Positions 12,301 through 24,500 of a stretch of 64,000 bases of DNA are shown here, in pieces (within the stretch, counting starts at the first letter, position 1; every line of letters begins with the position of its first letter). A program made the position numbers and the translations under genes. The DNA comes from Phoronis australis (Eukaryota > Animalia > Phoronida): the NCBI GenBank assembly GCA_002633005.1, contig NMRA01000079.1, positions 1,021,182 to 1,085,181 on the forward strand, given 5' to 3'. Below the pieces are notes generated by a model. That model made no database searches, had not been told where the DNA came from, and worked only from the letters and a program-made list of their open reading frames with translations.

Positions 12301-15300
12301 CCCAGCGACCCGTGGATATACTCTTGCTTGGAATATCAAGAAGGTTCCATGCCAGTGCCGAAGGCTTCTCTTGGCCTTATTTCAGCGGAGGACTTTGAGG
12401 CAATCAAACAAAACTGTAATGATGACATGGTTGCTACTCACTGGGTATACAAAGGCAAGTTCTCCAGGACAATTAGCTACACACTTCTCGCCAGACGCTT
12501 CTCGCCATGGGTAAGTCGGCTAGGGACACAGAGCATTGTTTGAGAATACATATATTTCGTGTTCACTAGTCAAAAATGCCCTTGTACCTCTTGGCCCCAT
12601 TCATGTTTCAGTGTTAAAGAGTTCCAAGTATTAATTAAAGGTGTATTTGCATGAACCTAACTATGCTAATAAATAGCAGGAACTAAACGTCAATCTATTT
12701 TAACTTCATATGCACTAAACGAGGTGCAGATGTATTCGTAGACACAATGTAAATGTAAAAACAAAAAATAGGAAATAGGTGGCCTTTGCACGAATGGCGT
12801 ATCTTAGGCGCTCGCATAGCCAAGGTCATGCACTGTTATTCCTCACAACCACGTCACGATAATTACTGGATTCGGTTGAGTGATTTACGGAGGATCATTT
12901 TCGACCCAAAATTCGTCCAAAAAAACATTTGGCAGTTTTCAACCTACTTCATATTCACATAATCGCTTGTTTCTAACTAATGTGACCAACTATGAAACAA
13001 TTACAGCAATAAGGAATTAGCGTGCATGTTCCACTTTAAATTCTAACCGTGTCAGTCTGTCAAACTCATTGCATTATTACGTGCAGAGCTACCTAAGATA
13101 GAACTGAGGGACCCACATGGATTATATGTGTGCTTGTATGCTACATCTAATTTCCCAACATCAACCTAAATCAACGCTTCCACTTACCAAGCTATCGCGT
13201 AGTCTAGTACACGTTAATCTTTAAGACCGGCCTCTTTCGTCAGTGGATAAGGGAATGTTCATGCACAGTGAGGGTATTTGACATCGCCACTGCCCGGGTG
13301 AGATTGTGGATTATGAAAACTAAATATGTCTTTGGAAATCGAACTCGGTTTTTCATCGGCAACAGACGAATTTAGAATGGTTTGCCAAAATCTTAGCTGC
13401 CTGAGTAGCACAATAACGGGTTGAATTGTATACATCACTGCACAATAGTGCTTAACTGGGTGGTCTTGATTTCCTGAAAAGAATAGTGTTGTTTCAGCGA
13501 GTGAGCACGTCACGCACGCTTGGCAGCCTTCATAAAGACAACTCGTAAAAATTTAGACGGGATGGGCCTTAAAATCTTTGCTACCAGGATACATGTTCAA
13601 GCAACCTGGGGCTTATGTAGAAATTTGTAGTTACTGGGATTAAAATTTGTTACAACTAAATGTGGTTCTCGACTTTTTTTAGCTGAGGTTTTCCGAGAGA
13701 TCGTTATCCGACATTCAGATCAATTTCAAGTCGCCTTGATGACTTTTGGCTTAGGTAAAACTGGCTGTATTGAAACAAGTCATAGTACGTCTTTTGTATG
13801 TATCGCTACATATATTTCACGCGCTTTGATTAGCAACGCCTGGACAATATCTGCAAGTGGACGCCGTGCAGACGACAAGTTGGCAGATTCAACCAACAAT
13901 TCTATTCTGCAACTCCAAGAAACACAGTGGGTTATCTGTGCGGAAAAAACAAGGTAATTACCTGTTTTCAAAACGGTGTCATATCCCGTTGCGCTGTTGC
14001 TTTGAAAATGTGATTCCGTTTTTTTTGCCTGCTCTGGGGTATCTAAAAGAACACTAGTGGGTGAAATCGTTACCAAAACACGTATTTTGTTTAGATAGCG
14101 TCCCCTAAATCTTAGCTTTTTGCATGGATTGGTGCGTTAACGTAGGTCAAGTGAACCTTTGTCCTAAAATTCTCCTAATTTTCGTTCGTATAGCCGCAAG
14201 TGGTCACAAATAGAAATTCAAATATAAGCAAGCAGTTGGCTCTACAAAGGATGGTGAATACCATAATGCACAATTTCTTGTGCTTACTACGCGCATATTT
14301 TCATATCCTCCCATTGTTAGTGTTTTCCACACAAAGTCTTCGGTCTTTTTATTTTTGCTCATTTTTATGGCATTCAGGACAATGGTGCGACCATTACATA
14401 ATATGTAGGCAGCGTTTTACATGTACACATTTTAGTACCATACTACGGATTGATCTAAAGCTCCGTCTGCGATCCCCTCGACCCCCACACCCTTTGACCC
14501 TCTCAATCCAATTTACTGTGCACAATCTCGACTCTATCTGAAAATACAAAAAGCGCTGACTTGCAGGAACAACGAGTCGGGCCGTGAGTTCGACTGACTT
14601 TCCCCTTTTTGCAATAAAGAGAGTAGATTTGGCAAGTTTGAAAGCCAAAAACGGAAAAATAAACTCGACCTAATCAAACTAAAGACCTACCAACGTTACA
14701 AATGTCGTCCCTGGCAGAGTTCAATCGTCTCGTCTGCTCTTCAGTGAATGATAGATTTAACCTTTTACGTAGAGTGCGAAGAACCGACAAAAACGTAATT
14801 TCATTAGTAAATACAATTTAGAAAACAAACTGTTGACTTAAAAGCATCTCTACTTTACATGGAGTATATTATAGACGAGTATACAACAGAAAGCAAATAA
14901 TAAAAATGTAAAATAATATACATTCACGATAACGTATCTCTCACTAAGTTTAGTAGAACTGGGCCATTGGTAACCAATTAAGAATCTATTTCCGTCGCAG
15001 CGGCAGCACAACCACAATTCGTTATTTCAGAACACGTTCTCACACCAATTTCTGTTTGTAAGCACCCACCTGAGTCAGAGTAGACTCTCGTGTAGTTATG
15101 TCTTTTGGGAAAGTAATTCAGTGTCGTATTAATGATTATAAAATGTGCAGGAAGCGAAAAGATACATCTCTTGCCACAGGTCGTTGGTCAAGGAGGTGTG
15201 GGTCGTGGGTTATGGGTCATGGGGTTGTGGATCGAGAGGCGTGTGGGGGTTGCGAGGGCTTTAGAACAATCCGTATCATATATTCACCGCCTTTTCTTCT

Positions 15301-18054
15301 TCCTGCAACGAAGTCCGCTCCCAGTCGCGGATTTAAGGGGGCATGCCCCCCTAAAATTCTAACAGATACCATTTGGCAGTTCGGGATGCGAATCGATGAC
15401 TAGCATATGCGCGCGCACAGGGGAGCTCGGGGGACGAATGCACAATGCATAGGCCTTCAACTAATCATGTTCACCGTTTTGTTTTAGTAAAAATGTTCGC
15501 AAACCCAAAAATTCGATACCCCAGCATCCCTAGGTTTAGGTTGGACGCGCGCGAGTGGTGAAATTCTGGTTATTCCTGTGCCCTGACTCCCCAACACAAA
15601 ATCCTGGATCCGCCCCTGCCTCCGAGACGCTCCATTAGTTGTCATCAAGAGGGACTGGCATAACTTAGATTATTCATGTATGTGAGAAAAAGTTTTGGGA
15701 CAGTACACAGTAGATACACTGTTGGACCCACCCCCATTTGTCTCATTGTTTTGTCACCCCGCTGCTATCCACAGCATGTCTCGCCGGAAAATATCACCGT
15801 TTTTGAGTAGTATGAACTGACCGTCAGCAGTTCACCCTCGTGTCAGAATATCTCTTCCCAAAAATGCGAATCAAAGCACCAATAGTATGATGTCCTTTAG
15901 GTTATGTATGACCTCTGGACATAATTATAGTTCATTATGCATTAATGGAGAGCTTTAAACGCAATTTCTAATAACGTTTTTTAGAACGGGGAATCTAGAA
16001 TAGAATGTAAAATTTCCATATGAACCCGATCAGGCATATCTTAGGAATGATGATTCAAATTTAGACACATACATGTATGTGTGTACATTTTACTAGGGTC
16101 TAACACGACCGTAGATGTATATTCCTTACCAACCGACATTAAAATTGGTACGCAATCTGACAAGATCTGACAATTCTTGATGGAACGTTTGAGAATACTT
16201 CATAAGTGACCTCGGACTTAACACATTTTTTGTCACTTGTAATGGTACTTGCGTAATCAGAAACGCAGTCAGCACATTTATAATGCTACAGGGTACTGAC
16301 TAAGCACGTTATTTTGTTTTATGGAGCTCGTTCCAGTTCGGTTACCCAGATAGATATACATGTATTGCTAACACGCTCGTGTTCTTCGATTTTGGATTAG
16401 ACCTCCACTTAATTCGCCCAATTCGATTTTCACTAAATTCACTTTGAACATCTATCTTCAGTATCTATCAACAGCTATCTTCACAATTTCAGATTTGCGA
16501 AAATTCAAACCGTTGTGTATCGGCTGGAAACTCAGGCTGTGGTCAAAGAGAGACGTTAACAGAACCCGAGGGAGCCTTGTCTTCGTTTAGATTCAATGGC
16601 AAAGATTTCTACCTTCCGAACATGTTTTGTTCTTGGAGAATCAGGCTTAATAAGAAACAGCAAGTGTCTGTAAGTGACGTCAAATGTACTATAGTTCCGC
16701 AGGGTGTATCACGGCTCATGTATTTTTTCTCCACCTGCCACGAACTCCCAGAGCAATATGATACATGTGCACGTAAACTCGTTCTTAATCCGACAGCATA
16801 CGTTGTAGGCGAGTGAAAGTGACAGTTGGTAATAACACTGACCGTCAACTTCAATTGCAGTAGTAATGACCACATTAGGCTGTTTTTCGTCATTTGTTTT
16901 TGGTTGTTATAATTTAGTTAGGACATTGTGAAAATTGAGAATTCTTTTCATTCACCATTTGAGGAAGAGACATCATGATCGAGGACACGCATACGCCCGT
17001 TGTGGCTTAGGTGGATTATACTATGGACACACTGTCTCTAAATAAGACCAACTGGGTGTTCCTTTCATCAGCATACAGAACAACTTGTCTATACCCCGAG
17101 GGAATAGTAGCTACATGCACGAAGAGAATTTAAGTTCACGAATATATTATTTTTTGAACGTACACGTACATGTAACTCCTCAAATTTGAGTTTTCCTTAG
17201 GTTTTGCTATGCCTATATGCTGCTTCCTGAGTCCTGTTGTGCAATCATAACCTTAGCTGAGGGTAATTTGGCACTCATGATGGTGTTTGTTTGAAAAACA
17301 TTTCAACTAAAGGATCGGTTTCATGAAAGTGGCCTAACGCAGAAACTTGGTCTTAATCAATACCTTGAAATGATGGATAGTAACTAGCAGTTACGTGTGT
17401 AAATTTAAGGAGTTTCCACTTTTGATCAAGTGTGGTTTAAAGTTTTTTAAGAAACAGTTGTGTATACATGTAGGAGCATAAGACTAAACTTTGTCGTAAC
17501 TTTTGTGAAACTTTTCATGAAACACACCCCAGCAGCAATGCACAGAACAAAATTTTAAAGGTAACGTTCAAACGATACTATAAGTGACCAACGTGTGGAC
17601 AAAGGTATTCTTTTTTCTTTAAAATTAGCTGGAAATCCAGGTAATGGATGTCCTCGGCTACGATGATGATAACTGCATGGTGAAAACCGGCTACGTCATA
17701 ATTGGTGACCGGGTGTCTGTTTTCGACGGACCGAGCTCCAAGTCAAAGCACGTGATGACGTTCTGCAATGGAAAACGGGCGATGATTATTTCTTCTACAT
17801 ATATGCTTTATGTAGAATTTGTAACAGACAGTAGCCTAACGTCAGTAGGTACCGGGTTTAAGGCAACGTACACATCCGTTGTGCTTGAAAATGACGGAGA
17901 GCCGTACGTGGTGATATTAGGCCTACCAGAAGAAGACGGTGAGACTCGTGTGGCAAAGTTCCTCTCCAACGGATGCATGAAACCAGTGATATCAATCGAC
18001 ACTATTGTCTCTGCATTGCATATGTTAGTTATGGGAATGCGTGGTCTACTGTAG
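216..18054 (+). CDS. Gene A (5'-partial): ADAMTS-like M12B fold + Cys-rich + CUB protein, predicted catalytically inactive, possible GPI-anchor tail; join(216-308,737-873,1426-1584,10758-10868,12306-12510,13834-13953,16493-16669,17629-18054)
   Basis: 8 GT-AG exons with the same phases and near-identical lengths (93,137,159,111,205,120,177) as paralog exons 3-9; spliced frame open for 475 aa; zinc-motif region reads MAHDVGRTLGLPG; CUB motifs GCG...YLPN..CSWRI...GDRVSVFDG...FCNG...FVTD...GFKATY. Confidence 0.88.
737..873 (+). CDS. Gene A coding exon 4
   Basis: ccag|NEVLEMARRMKTRAPNATALSFLQWAVRRADYQASKSHLPVLIVD-gg|gtataa; 137 nt, phase 0/2 as in paralogs. Confidence 0.8.
1426..1584 (+). CDS. 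Gene A coding exon 5 (degenerate zinc motif, first half)
   Basis: ttcag|ETEFRYSAYKTGLYVHAGDICNHRVALVEEGRILDREGDPISDMQMAHDVGR-ac|gtaagt. Confidence 0.85.
2641..3127. mobile_element. MITE-like non-autonomous element
   Basis: Imperfect terminal inverted repeats gtcctttcata...ccgg / ccgg...tatgaaagggc; multiple internal gttaacttcg sub-repeats. Confidence 0.55.
6261..8003. mobile_element. Non-autonomous hAT-like element
   Basis: Termini CAGGGATAT...ATATCCCTG, subterminal tcgccc/ggcgag repeats at both ends, flanks ccttcc / acttcc resemble a degenerate target duplication. Confidence 0.55.
6718..7826. mobile_element. Tc1/mariner-type MITE nested in the hAT-like element
   Basis: Inverted termini attcgtcctaataagcgccc / gggcgcttattagagcgaatacggTA. 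Confidence 0.65.
9580..9850. mobile_element. Two adjacent copies of a ~140-bp MITE family
   Basis: Shares gttcagtaac.ctaggacct / aggtcctag..tactgaactctaccc ends with 34641-34793, 44558-44680, 60430-60555. Confidence 0.5.
9690..10696. repeat. ~500-bp direct duplication flanking N at 10190 (probable haplotype/contig overlap)
   Basis: 9690-10189 nearly identical to 10191-10696; differences include a 6-bp indel. Confidence 0.9.
10758..10868 (+). CDS. Gene A coding exon 6 (Met-turn)
   Basis: ttcag|LGLPGNQLSCSEGIMESRETHKGWSACSKQKLKKIL-ag|gtactg; 111 nt as in paralogs. Confidence 0.85.
12306..12510 (+). CDS. Gene A coding exon 7
   Basis: ccag|DPWIYSCLEYQEGSMPVPK...RRFSPW|gtaagt; 205 nt. Confidence 0.9.
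13834..13953 (+). CDS. Gene A coding exon 8 (Cys-rich)
   Basis: ttag|QRLDNICKWTPCRRQVGRFNQQFYSATPRNTVGYLCGKNK|gtaatt. Confidence 0.88.
15322..15618. mobile_element. MITE with CAG.GGCGGAT-type termini
   Basis: cagtcgcggatttaagggg ... cctggatccgcccctg; related degenerate copy near 43000-43129. Confidence 0.5.
16493..16669 (+). CDS. Gene A coding exon 9 (Cys-rich end, CUB start)
   Basis: ttcag|[20 protein letters not shown]...YLPNMFCSWRIRLNKKQQVS|gtaagt; 177 nt. Confidence 0.9.
17311..17532. mobile_element. MITE-like element
   Basis: Inverted gtttcatgaaa / tttcatgaaac termini. Confidence 0.4.
17629..18054 (+). CDS. Gene A coding exon 10 (CUB end + C-terminal extension)
   Basis: ttag|LEIQVMDVLG...GFKATYTSV followed by 57 extra residues ending SNGCMKPVISIDTIVSALHMLVMGMRGLL-TAG. 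Confidence 0.85.
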   Translation: MEIQVMDVLGYDDDNCMVKTGYVIIGDRVSVFDGPSSKSKHVMTFCNGKRAMIISSTYMLYVEFVTDSSLTSVGTGFKATYTSVVLENDGEPYVVILGLPEEDGETRVAKFLSNGCMKPVISIDTIVSALHMLVMGMRGLL

Positions 18055-18860
18055 CATACATTTATTATTTACAAGAAAGATTGCAATGTGTCAAGTTGTC
18101 AGACTTCCTTAACACTTTCCAGGCAATTATAAAGTTTCATAAGCGTCAACCGTGTACTATTCGCGTCTTAGGCGGAATCTTTGCACTCGAAACCTAACCC
18201 GAAGTTATCTTTGACATTTTCCGCTCTAGTTTAGTGCAGTTTCAACATAAGCGATCATTGAGCTTGTTTGTTGACTGTCCAATACCAGTTAAACTGAGTT
18301 TTAAGAATCAGCCGGAACTAAAAATGGAGTTTTTGCTCGAAAACTATAAATTTTACGTGGAATCTGGGCGTAGTAAACTCAAGTTTGTGGCTTGAAGTTT
18401 GAAGTCATCTAGCACGACGCTGGACTAGATATTTTTTCTGTGTAAACAGTCAGGTAATCGACCAAGGAGCAATAAGCATTCAGGTTGACCTCGTACCAGA
18501 AGATAACGGGAATTGTCAAAACAATTTTGAGTTCGGGTTTGAGTTAAGAGCTTAAACTGCGTGACCTGATCTGGGCAGGTTGCTTATCATTTTGGTTGTT
18601 GAAGGGATAATAATTTGTAAAAACGCACATGCGATTGCAGTGCACAAAAAGTCGTATACCAAAGTCTCGTTTTCCCATGCACCGATTTCGGGTCACCGCC
18701 AACACGCTGTCGTCGTTCAGAAGTAGTCGTGGTAGCAGATGGCGTCTGCCAAATCAAGATTTTCGCCTCAAAAGAGGGATCCGACGTTTCCTGGGGTGGT
18801 CATCCCTCGAATTACCAGTTAGTTAATGGAGCAGGCATCGGCGTGTAATTTCAGTTGTCG

Positions 18861-19228
18861 TACCGCGAATTTCCGTAGATAAGCCAATGGGTGTGTTTTC
18901 GGAAAATGAAAAATTCCAAGCGTTTTAGCAACACCAAATAAACACCAGGGTGTCTATCCAGAAAAAGAGGCGTGTAAACGCAAAAATATGGTTTTGCTGA
19001 CTTTGACATTTTTTACTTAATTTTATGTTATTAAATGCATAGCTCGCCAACACCTTGTTCGCTTTTAAAATGATAGGTGCTTCACAACATTGAATTTGTG
19101 ACAAAAAGTTGAGGCTTAATGGAACTAGACTCCAAATAAACGCCCATGGGCGTGTAATCGGCATAATTTTCCAAATAAATGCCCATGGGCGTTTTATGGG
19201 TTGGGCTTATCTATGGAAAATCCTGGTA
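18861..19228. mobile_element. Tc1/mariner-type MITE
   Basis: TAccgcgaatttccgtagataagcc ... ggcttatctatggaaaatcctggTA; TA at both ends; gcccatgggcg subterminal repeats. Confidence 0.6.
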
Positions 19229-19271
19229 GGGTCGCCAAAATTGCCAAAACATGCTACTATTCGACACTCAA

Positions 19272-19274
<3 letters not shown>

Positions 19275-19352
<78 letters not shown>
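19275..19352. repeat. (TA)n microsatellite
   Basis: Two TA runs separated by cacagtg. Confidence 0.95.
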
Positions 19353-19353
<1 letters not shown>

Positions 19354-20102
19354 TCAAACTTATGATGCTACAAATTCACTGATATTTAGTAAATCCCACG
19401 TCAACTCAACTGCTTCATTCAGCCTATTTTAGGACATTTAGCGAAGCCGATATCAACTCAACAACTTCATTTTTTAATTTTATCGTTCATTGCAAACACA
19501 TTACTACTTCGTGAAATCAATCGTGTTTAAAGGCGAAGGCAACCTTTTTCCATCTCATTTTGAGCTAAAATAAGGTTGGTTGGTTATCCTAGACATATTT
19601 TCCACTTAATTACAGCTTTTCGTAATTTTATTAATTACTCGTCTGCTACTCCGGAAATGACGTTTTAGGAGGCAAGCGTTTCCCGCCACTTGGTTTTGCG
19701 TTGACTTTACCGTGCGAATCTGTTCTATTCTACTTTTGTTTTGTGCTNTCTCCCTCGTGTAACGACTACACCCCTAAGTTGTCTAAATCTGAATTACAGT
19801 AGGTTTCTCCCACGGAAAGTGGATTCCGCTGTAAAACGATTTTGAAACAGTGATGATGGTGGTCTCATTTACGTTTGCATGTAGCAGCGTTATACCTTCC
19901 GAGCAACAAGACGAACCGATATTATGAATAAGAATCGTCAAAATGACGTGACCTTATTCGTTTCAAACTCTAGAAAATCGATGATTTGTTCAACCTACTC
20001 CACATCTCGTTGTTTTACCGCGTAAGAATATCAGTTTTGCTACTTAGTCACTGCGCTTCTGTATCCCTGCGCGGGCGTATGTGTACTCAACGCTCGCGCA
20101 TG

Positions 20103-20196
20103 TTTAAAAGCACGTCACACCCACGTAGGAGATGACTGGTCCCACTGGAGAGCCACCGCGTGGTGTTGAATCCATCAAGCGCTAAAAGAAATTGAG
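20103..20196 (+). promoter_or_regulatory. Candidate TATA-like box and non-coding first exon of gene B
   Basis: TTTAAAAG at 20103 and donor GAG|GTAAGG at 20196/7; the ATG exon starts with an acceptor so an upstream exon is required. Confidence 0.3.
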
Positions 20197-21464
20197 GTAA
20201 GGTACTTCACGCAGATAAGAGTGATCGATTTGAATACAATTGGCAACGTAAAAGATGCCTTTTCCGCCAAAATGCACGTTGGTGTGAAAGGACAATTCCC
20301 TCATTTAATGTGTAGGCTACGAAAACGATACGTACATGTCATATTTAGTAACGCTTTAAAAGGCAATGTCCAGTTCTCACTGGGTTTTGCATGACGGTGC
20401 ATAGGTGAAGAGTCGTTGTCTTCCTCTCACAATGTTGAAAGCTGTAAGAACAAAATGAAACTGTGAGTCTTTAAACAAAAAGAGCACTACTATACACATG
20501 TATGACTATAAAAATTGATTCCGTCCCATATTTGAGACTCTTCCATTTCCACCGACAGAGGAAGCGATGCTCCGAATATAGGTGGAAAAATATATTGACA
20601 TTTTGAGTCCAACACCTACTGACTTCACCAGTAGGGTATAAATACAATGTTCTTGATCCAAATCGCATTTTGAAAAACTGTGATCAAGAAGTGCTGCCAT
20701 CCAGCTAGAATTTCAATTAGGGTTTGTCTGAGGACTTTCTAGAATCACAGAAAATTCTTTAATAGCTTCGCAGAAATTTAACAATGCTATGAAGGGCAGC
20801 CATTTCGAAGAAACGTTTATCCACAATCAAACTTTTTATCATTCTCAGCTTGTTCATAAATAAAATAAAACGCGACGATACGCTGGTCCTTTTAATGATG
20901 CCTACATCGGAACTGCTGCAAACCTGCCTTTCCCATTTTTAGACGGGAAATTGGCATCTGCTAGAGTTCAAAAGTACGTTGCCTGCTTAGTGATAAGGAA
21001 ACGTTGTGTTGTCCTTTTAAAACCGAAATACATATAATGTCTTCACTTGTGGTGATCATCAGTTCTGTCCGTCTGCCCAATTTCCTTTGCACGACCCTTT
21101 GTCGTGTCAGCACGCTATCTCCTCGTCTAGAGATCAGCTCTTCCCCGTTCCACTGACAGGATTACGAGCCACCGACTGACCATTGTTTCCCGTAAGGCTA
21201 CGTGTGTACATGTACATACGGATCAGTATAACAGCCTCCTTCGGAGTGGAGACGGACTGGTGTGCAAACGAGTGAAGATGTCGCGCCTCAAAATCACCTA
21301 ATAATTACTTGTGTCAGCTCTTCATATCACTGAGTAGCAGTACTTTTTATTTAAGAATAGCGAAATATTTTAACAGTGATAAAATGACTTATGAATATGG
21401 AGCACTGTGGGAAGACCCAGCAGGATCAGAGTTTGGTTATGTTATTTCCAGAAACTTTGCGTGC

Positions 21465-21501
21465 ATGTTGATGTACATGCACAACGACCTTTGTCTCTTC
21501 G
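21465..21501 (+). CDS. Gene B coding exon 1 (start)
   Basis: ATG 13 nt after tttccag acceptor; MLMYMHNDLCLF-g|gtaaga; 37 nt phase 1, same geometry as start exons of C and D, but less hydrophobic. Confidence 0.55.
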
Positions 21502-24500
21502 GTAAGATAATCTTAGGAAACTTTTCAAACATTTATTGAGAATTTACTATTTGGCAATACAATACATTGTATCGTCGTGGCAAAGACATGAAACAATTAA
21601 CATGAGTCCCACACCAGCACCCAAAATGATCACACAGTCATCTGTTTACAAAAAAAGTTCCAAATTTAACCCATTTTTTGTTAAAGTTTGAAATATTTGA
21701 GTTTTTATTGGCTATATACTTCCCAGAATTTTAGTACTCACTGACGATATTTAAAATGATGTTAACACAGAAAATTTTAGCCTTTACTAGAATTTAACAT
21801 GAATTGTTTTTCCAAAAGTAATAACGTGTCAGGTAGAAATTATAGTTTGTTAGCTTTACCAAAGATTACTTTTTGAAAGAGATAAAGCCAACATGGCGAC
21901 CAGCACACTTATCAATAAACTGCCACAACGGGACACCACAGTAGTCAAACTGTCCAAAATCGCCAACAATATTTTTCCCTCTAGGAACGCATTTACTATT
22001 TTCTTAAGAGTGCATTGGCTGAATAAGAGCTGAACGCCAAGGCAGACTAAACTATAAACATGGCCACGTTTCATGTCTTTTTCCCACGTAAGAAGATAAG
22101 GTCAATTTTCACAATGATTTAAAGAGTTGTTTGGCCAACAGAGAAGGGAGGCCAAAAAACAGACTCAAAAATGAGAAAAATGACTACTAGGTCGCGTACA
22201 CTACAGTTGTACGTCAAATTCATCTGAAACCAAACACGATATCCTCATCTCTCATAGAAATATATGTGCCACATTGAATAAAAATCCCTCCCGGAACTCA
22301 AAAGATCTACACAAAAAGGAAAAAAATAAAGTTGCCTCTAGTGAGCACATCGCCTGTAAATACGTCTGAATGTCTTCGTCACATGATGTCATACAGTTTT
22401 TAAAAGTACACTTGTCAAATTTAACAACGATCCTGCTTAGGGCTTGGAAGACATTATGTGCAAATTTTCTTGAAAGTATACATATACATGTATTAAGGGG
22501 TTTTGGAGATACAACAGCGGACGCCAGACTGACAGACGGAAAGAAATGACGGTATCATACGTCCACAAATTTTATACGTGGATGAGTAAATATTTATTTT
22601 CTCTAAGGTTTTATTTTACTTACTGTTCTGCCACTGTTCGCAAATTTCTTTAGCAATGGCCAGATTTTTTATACTCGCATGTGCAATTTAATCCAGTATA
22701 CACTATCCCAAACTCAACGGTTTCAATTAGCAAACATATTACAGCACCAAAAGTTTTAATAATCCAGTGCCAAGTTACTCGAAACCGTAAGGGACGCAAT
22801 GACTGCATCAAACATCTAATCCACTGTTTCGGCCACTGTCTAATTTGATTTCCGTACACTGTACACTAAGCGCAGCGCATTGATTCAGCAGTAACAGAGC
22901 AGGCATACCTAATAAAATACAATCAAATCTAGTCCGTAATCCGTGGCAAATCCGTGTGTTATTATCTGAAACAGAGGAGGAATTTAATAGCTGGATTATT
23001 GGTTTTGTAATTAAGCGTGCCATTATTAGCAATAAGGTTTCTCGAGATTGTTTAATGTGTGTTCTCAGTTAGGTTGTGTTGGACATTGCCAACAGGGCTT
23101 TAGAGTTAGCCAAATATGTATAATTCAGCTCAGAAAAAGTATAAATTTTCTACAATGGACATTTGTTTTGTTTTGTTTTGATTCCAATCTATCATCAATT
23201 AGTTCACGTGACCATGCTATTTAGTACAATTTAGAAAAAAAAAGAAAGGCACGTTCATAGAAAGGCAAAAACAACAGCAGCATAAAAAACAATTTTGCAG
23301 CTTTCAGAGCTACATACGTGAGTACGTGCGTGCGTGCGTGCGTGCGTGGATGCGTGATTGTTTGTGTACCACTGCGTGCGTGTGTTTATATAATCGCTAG
23401 ATATCCAAAGGTAAAAACTGCTTCAATCAGGATTGCCGTACAATGCGAAATATTAACATTAACAAGTAAGGAATAGACATTTTGAGACAGCATTTATTTA
23501 ATGCTCATACATATACATATACATATGACATTCAATTACACGACTAGCACATGCAATCATAGATATATGTACTTTAATACATAAACATACATATAAATGA
23601 AACTGATACTCTACTAAAATATATAAATGAGTACGTAAGAGTTCCATGTGAATACGACCAGCCAGTATTCAACTTGATGTTCGAAATCGGCCAGCACTGG
23701 AAAGTTTAGGGTCCTAGATAAGCCTCGAAACAAATGTACCTAGCGAATGGAACACTGAAAGTTGGAACATGGTCAAAGAAAAGTCAAGAAATATCAATAA
23801 TGTAGAAGCTAAAAGTGTTGATATAAACATCAAGGCAGCATCAGATGTAGGCGGCGCAATTGAATAGTTTGATGAGTACCGCTTGTACATTTCAAAACGA
23901 GGGGGTTGTGGGAAATGATTCGTAGAGTGAACCTTTATTAATATTCATATTTAATGATACTAGCATTGATGATTTAATTATCACGCGCAATGCCAGGTTA
24001 AAATCTAGACTATGACAACCATGAGAATATGGTCTCCTAAGCCGTTTTCCTGCTCTCTCTTGGGACACCACATTACCCATTTACCTAAACTACTCATGTG
24101 CATTTACATGTACAGTGGTCTACACAGCGGCCTTAATAGATGCATGTACATTCTCAAATAGATTCTCTGATTCTTCAAAGAAAACTATCCAGACGTTGAC
24201 GTGACTACAAGACTCTTCTCGGTCTCGGACAAACATCTTGACAGAATTATTTGCCAGTTTAATCACTTTCTGTCGCAGTTAAATAGTGTTTTTGTCGAAA
24301 TTTTGTCGGACTTTAATGTGACTGTAATGCGCTAGTAACCTTTAAATTTACTTACAATAAGTTGTCATTATATGAATAGCATGCATGGAACAATACTTGT
24401 CAACAATTCGTTGATAAATTAGCCAGAATGGAAAGTTAAGTATTTCTAATCGAAAACAATATTTACTTGCAGTTTTGTGCGCCGAAATTTTTGTCGACTA

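Noticed and set aside
19748-19748. Single N
   Set aside because: Assembly junction or ambiguous base with no flanking duplication; only a caveat on A-B adjacency distance
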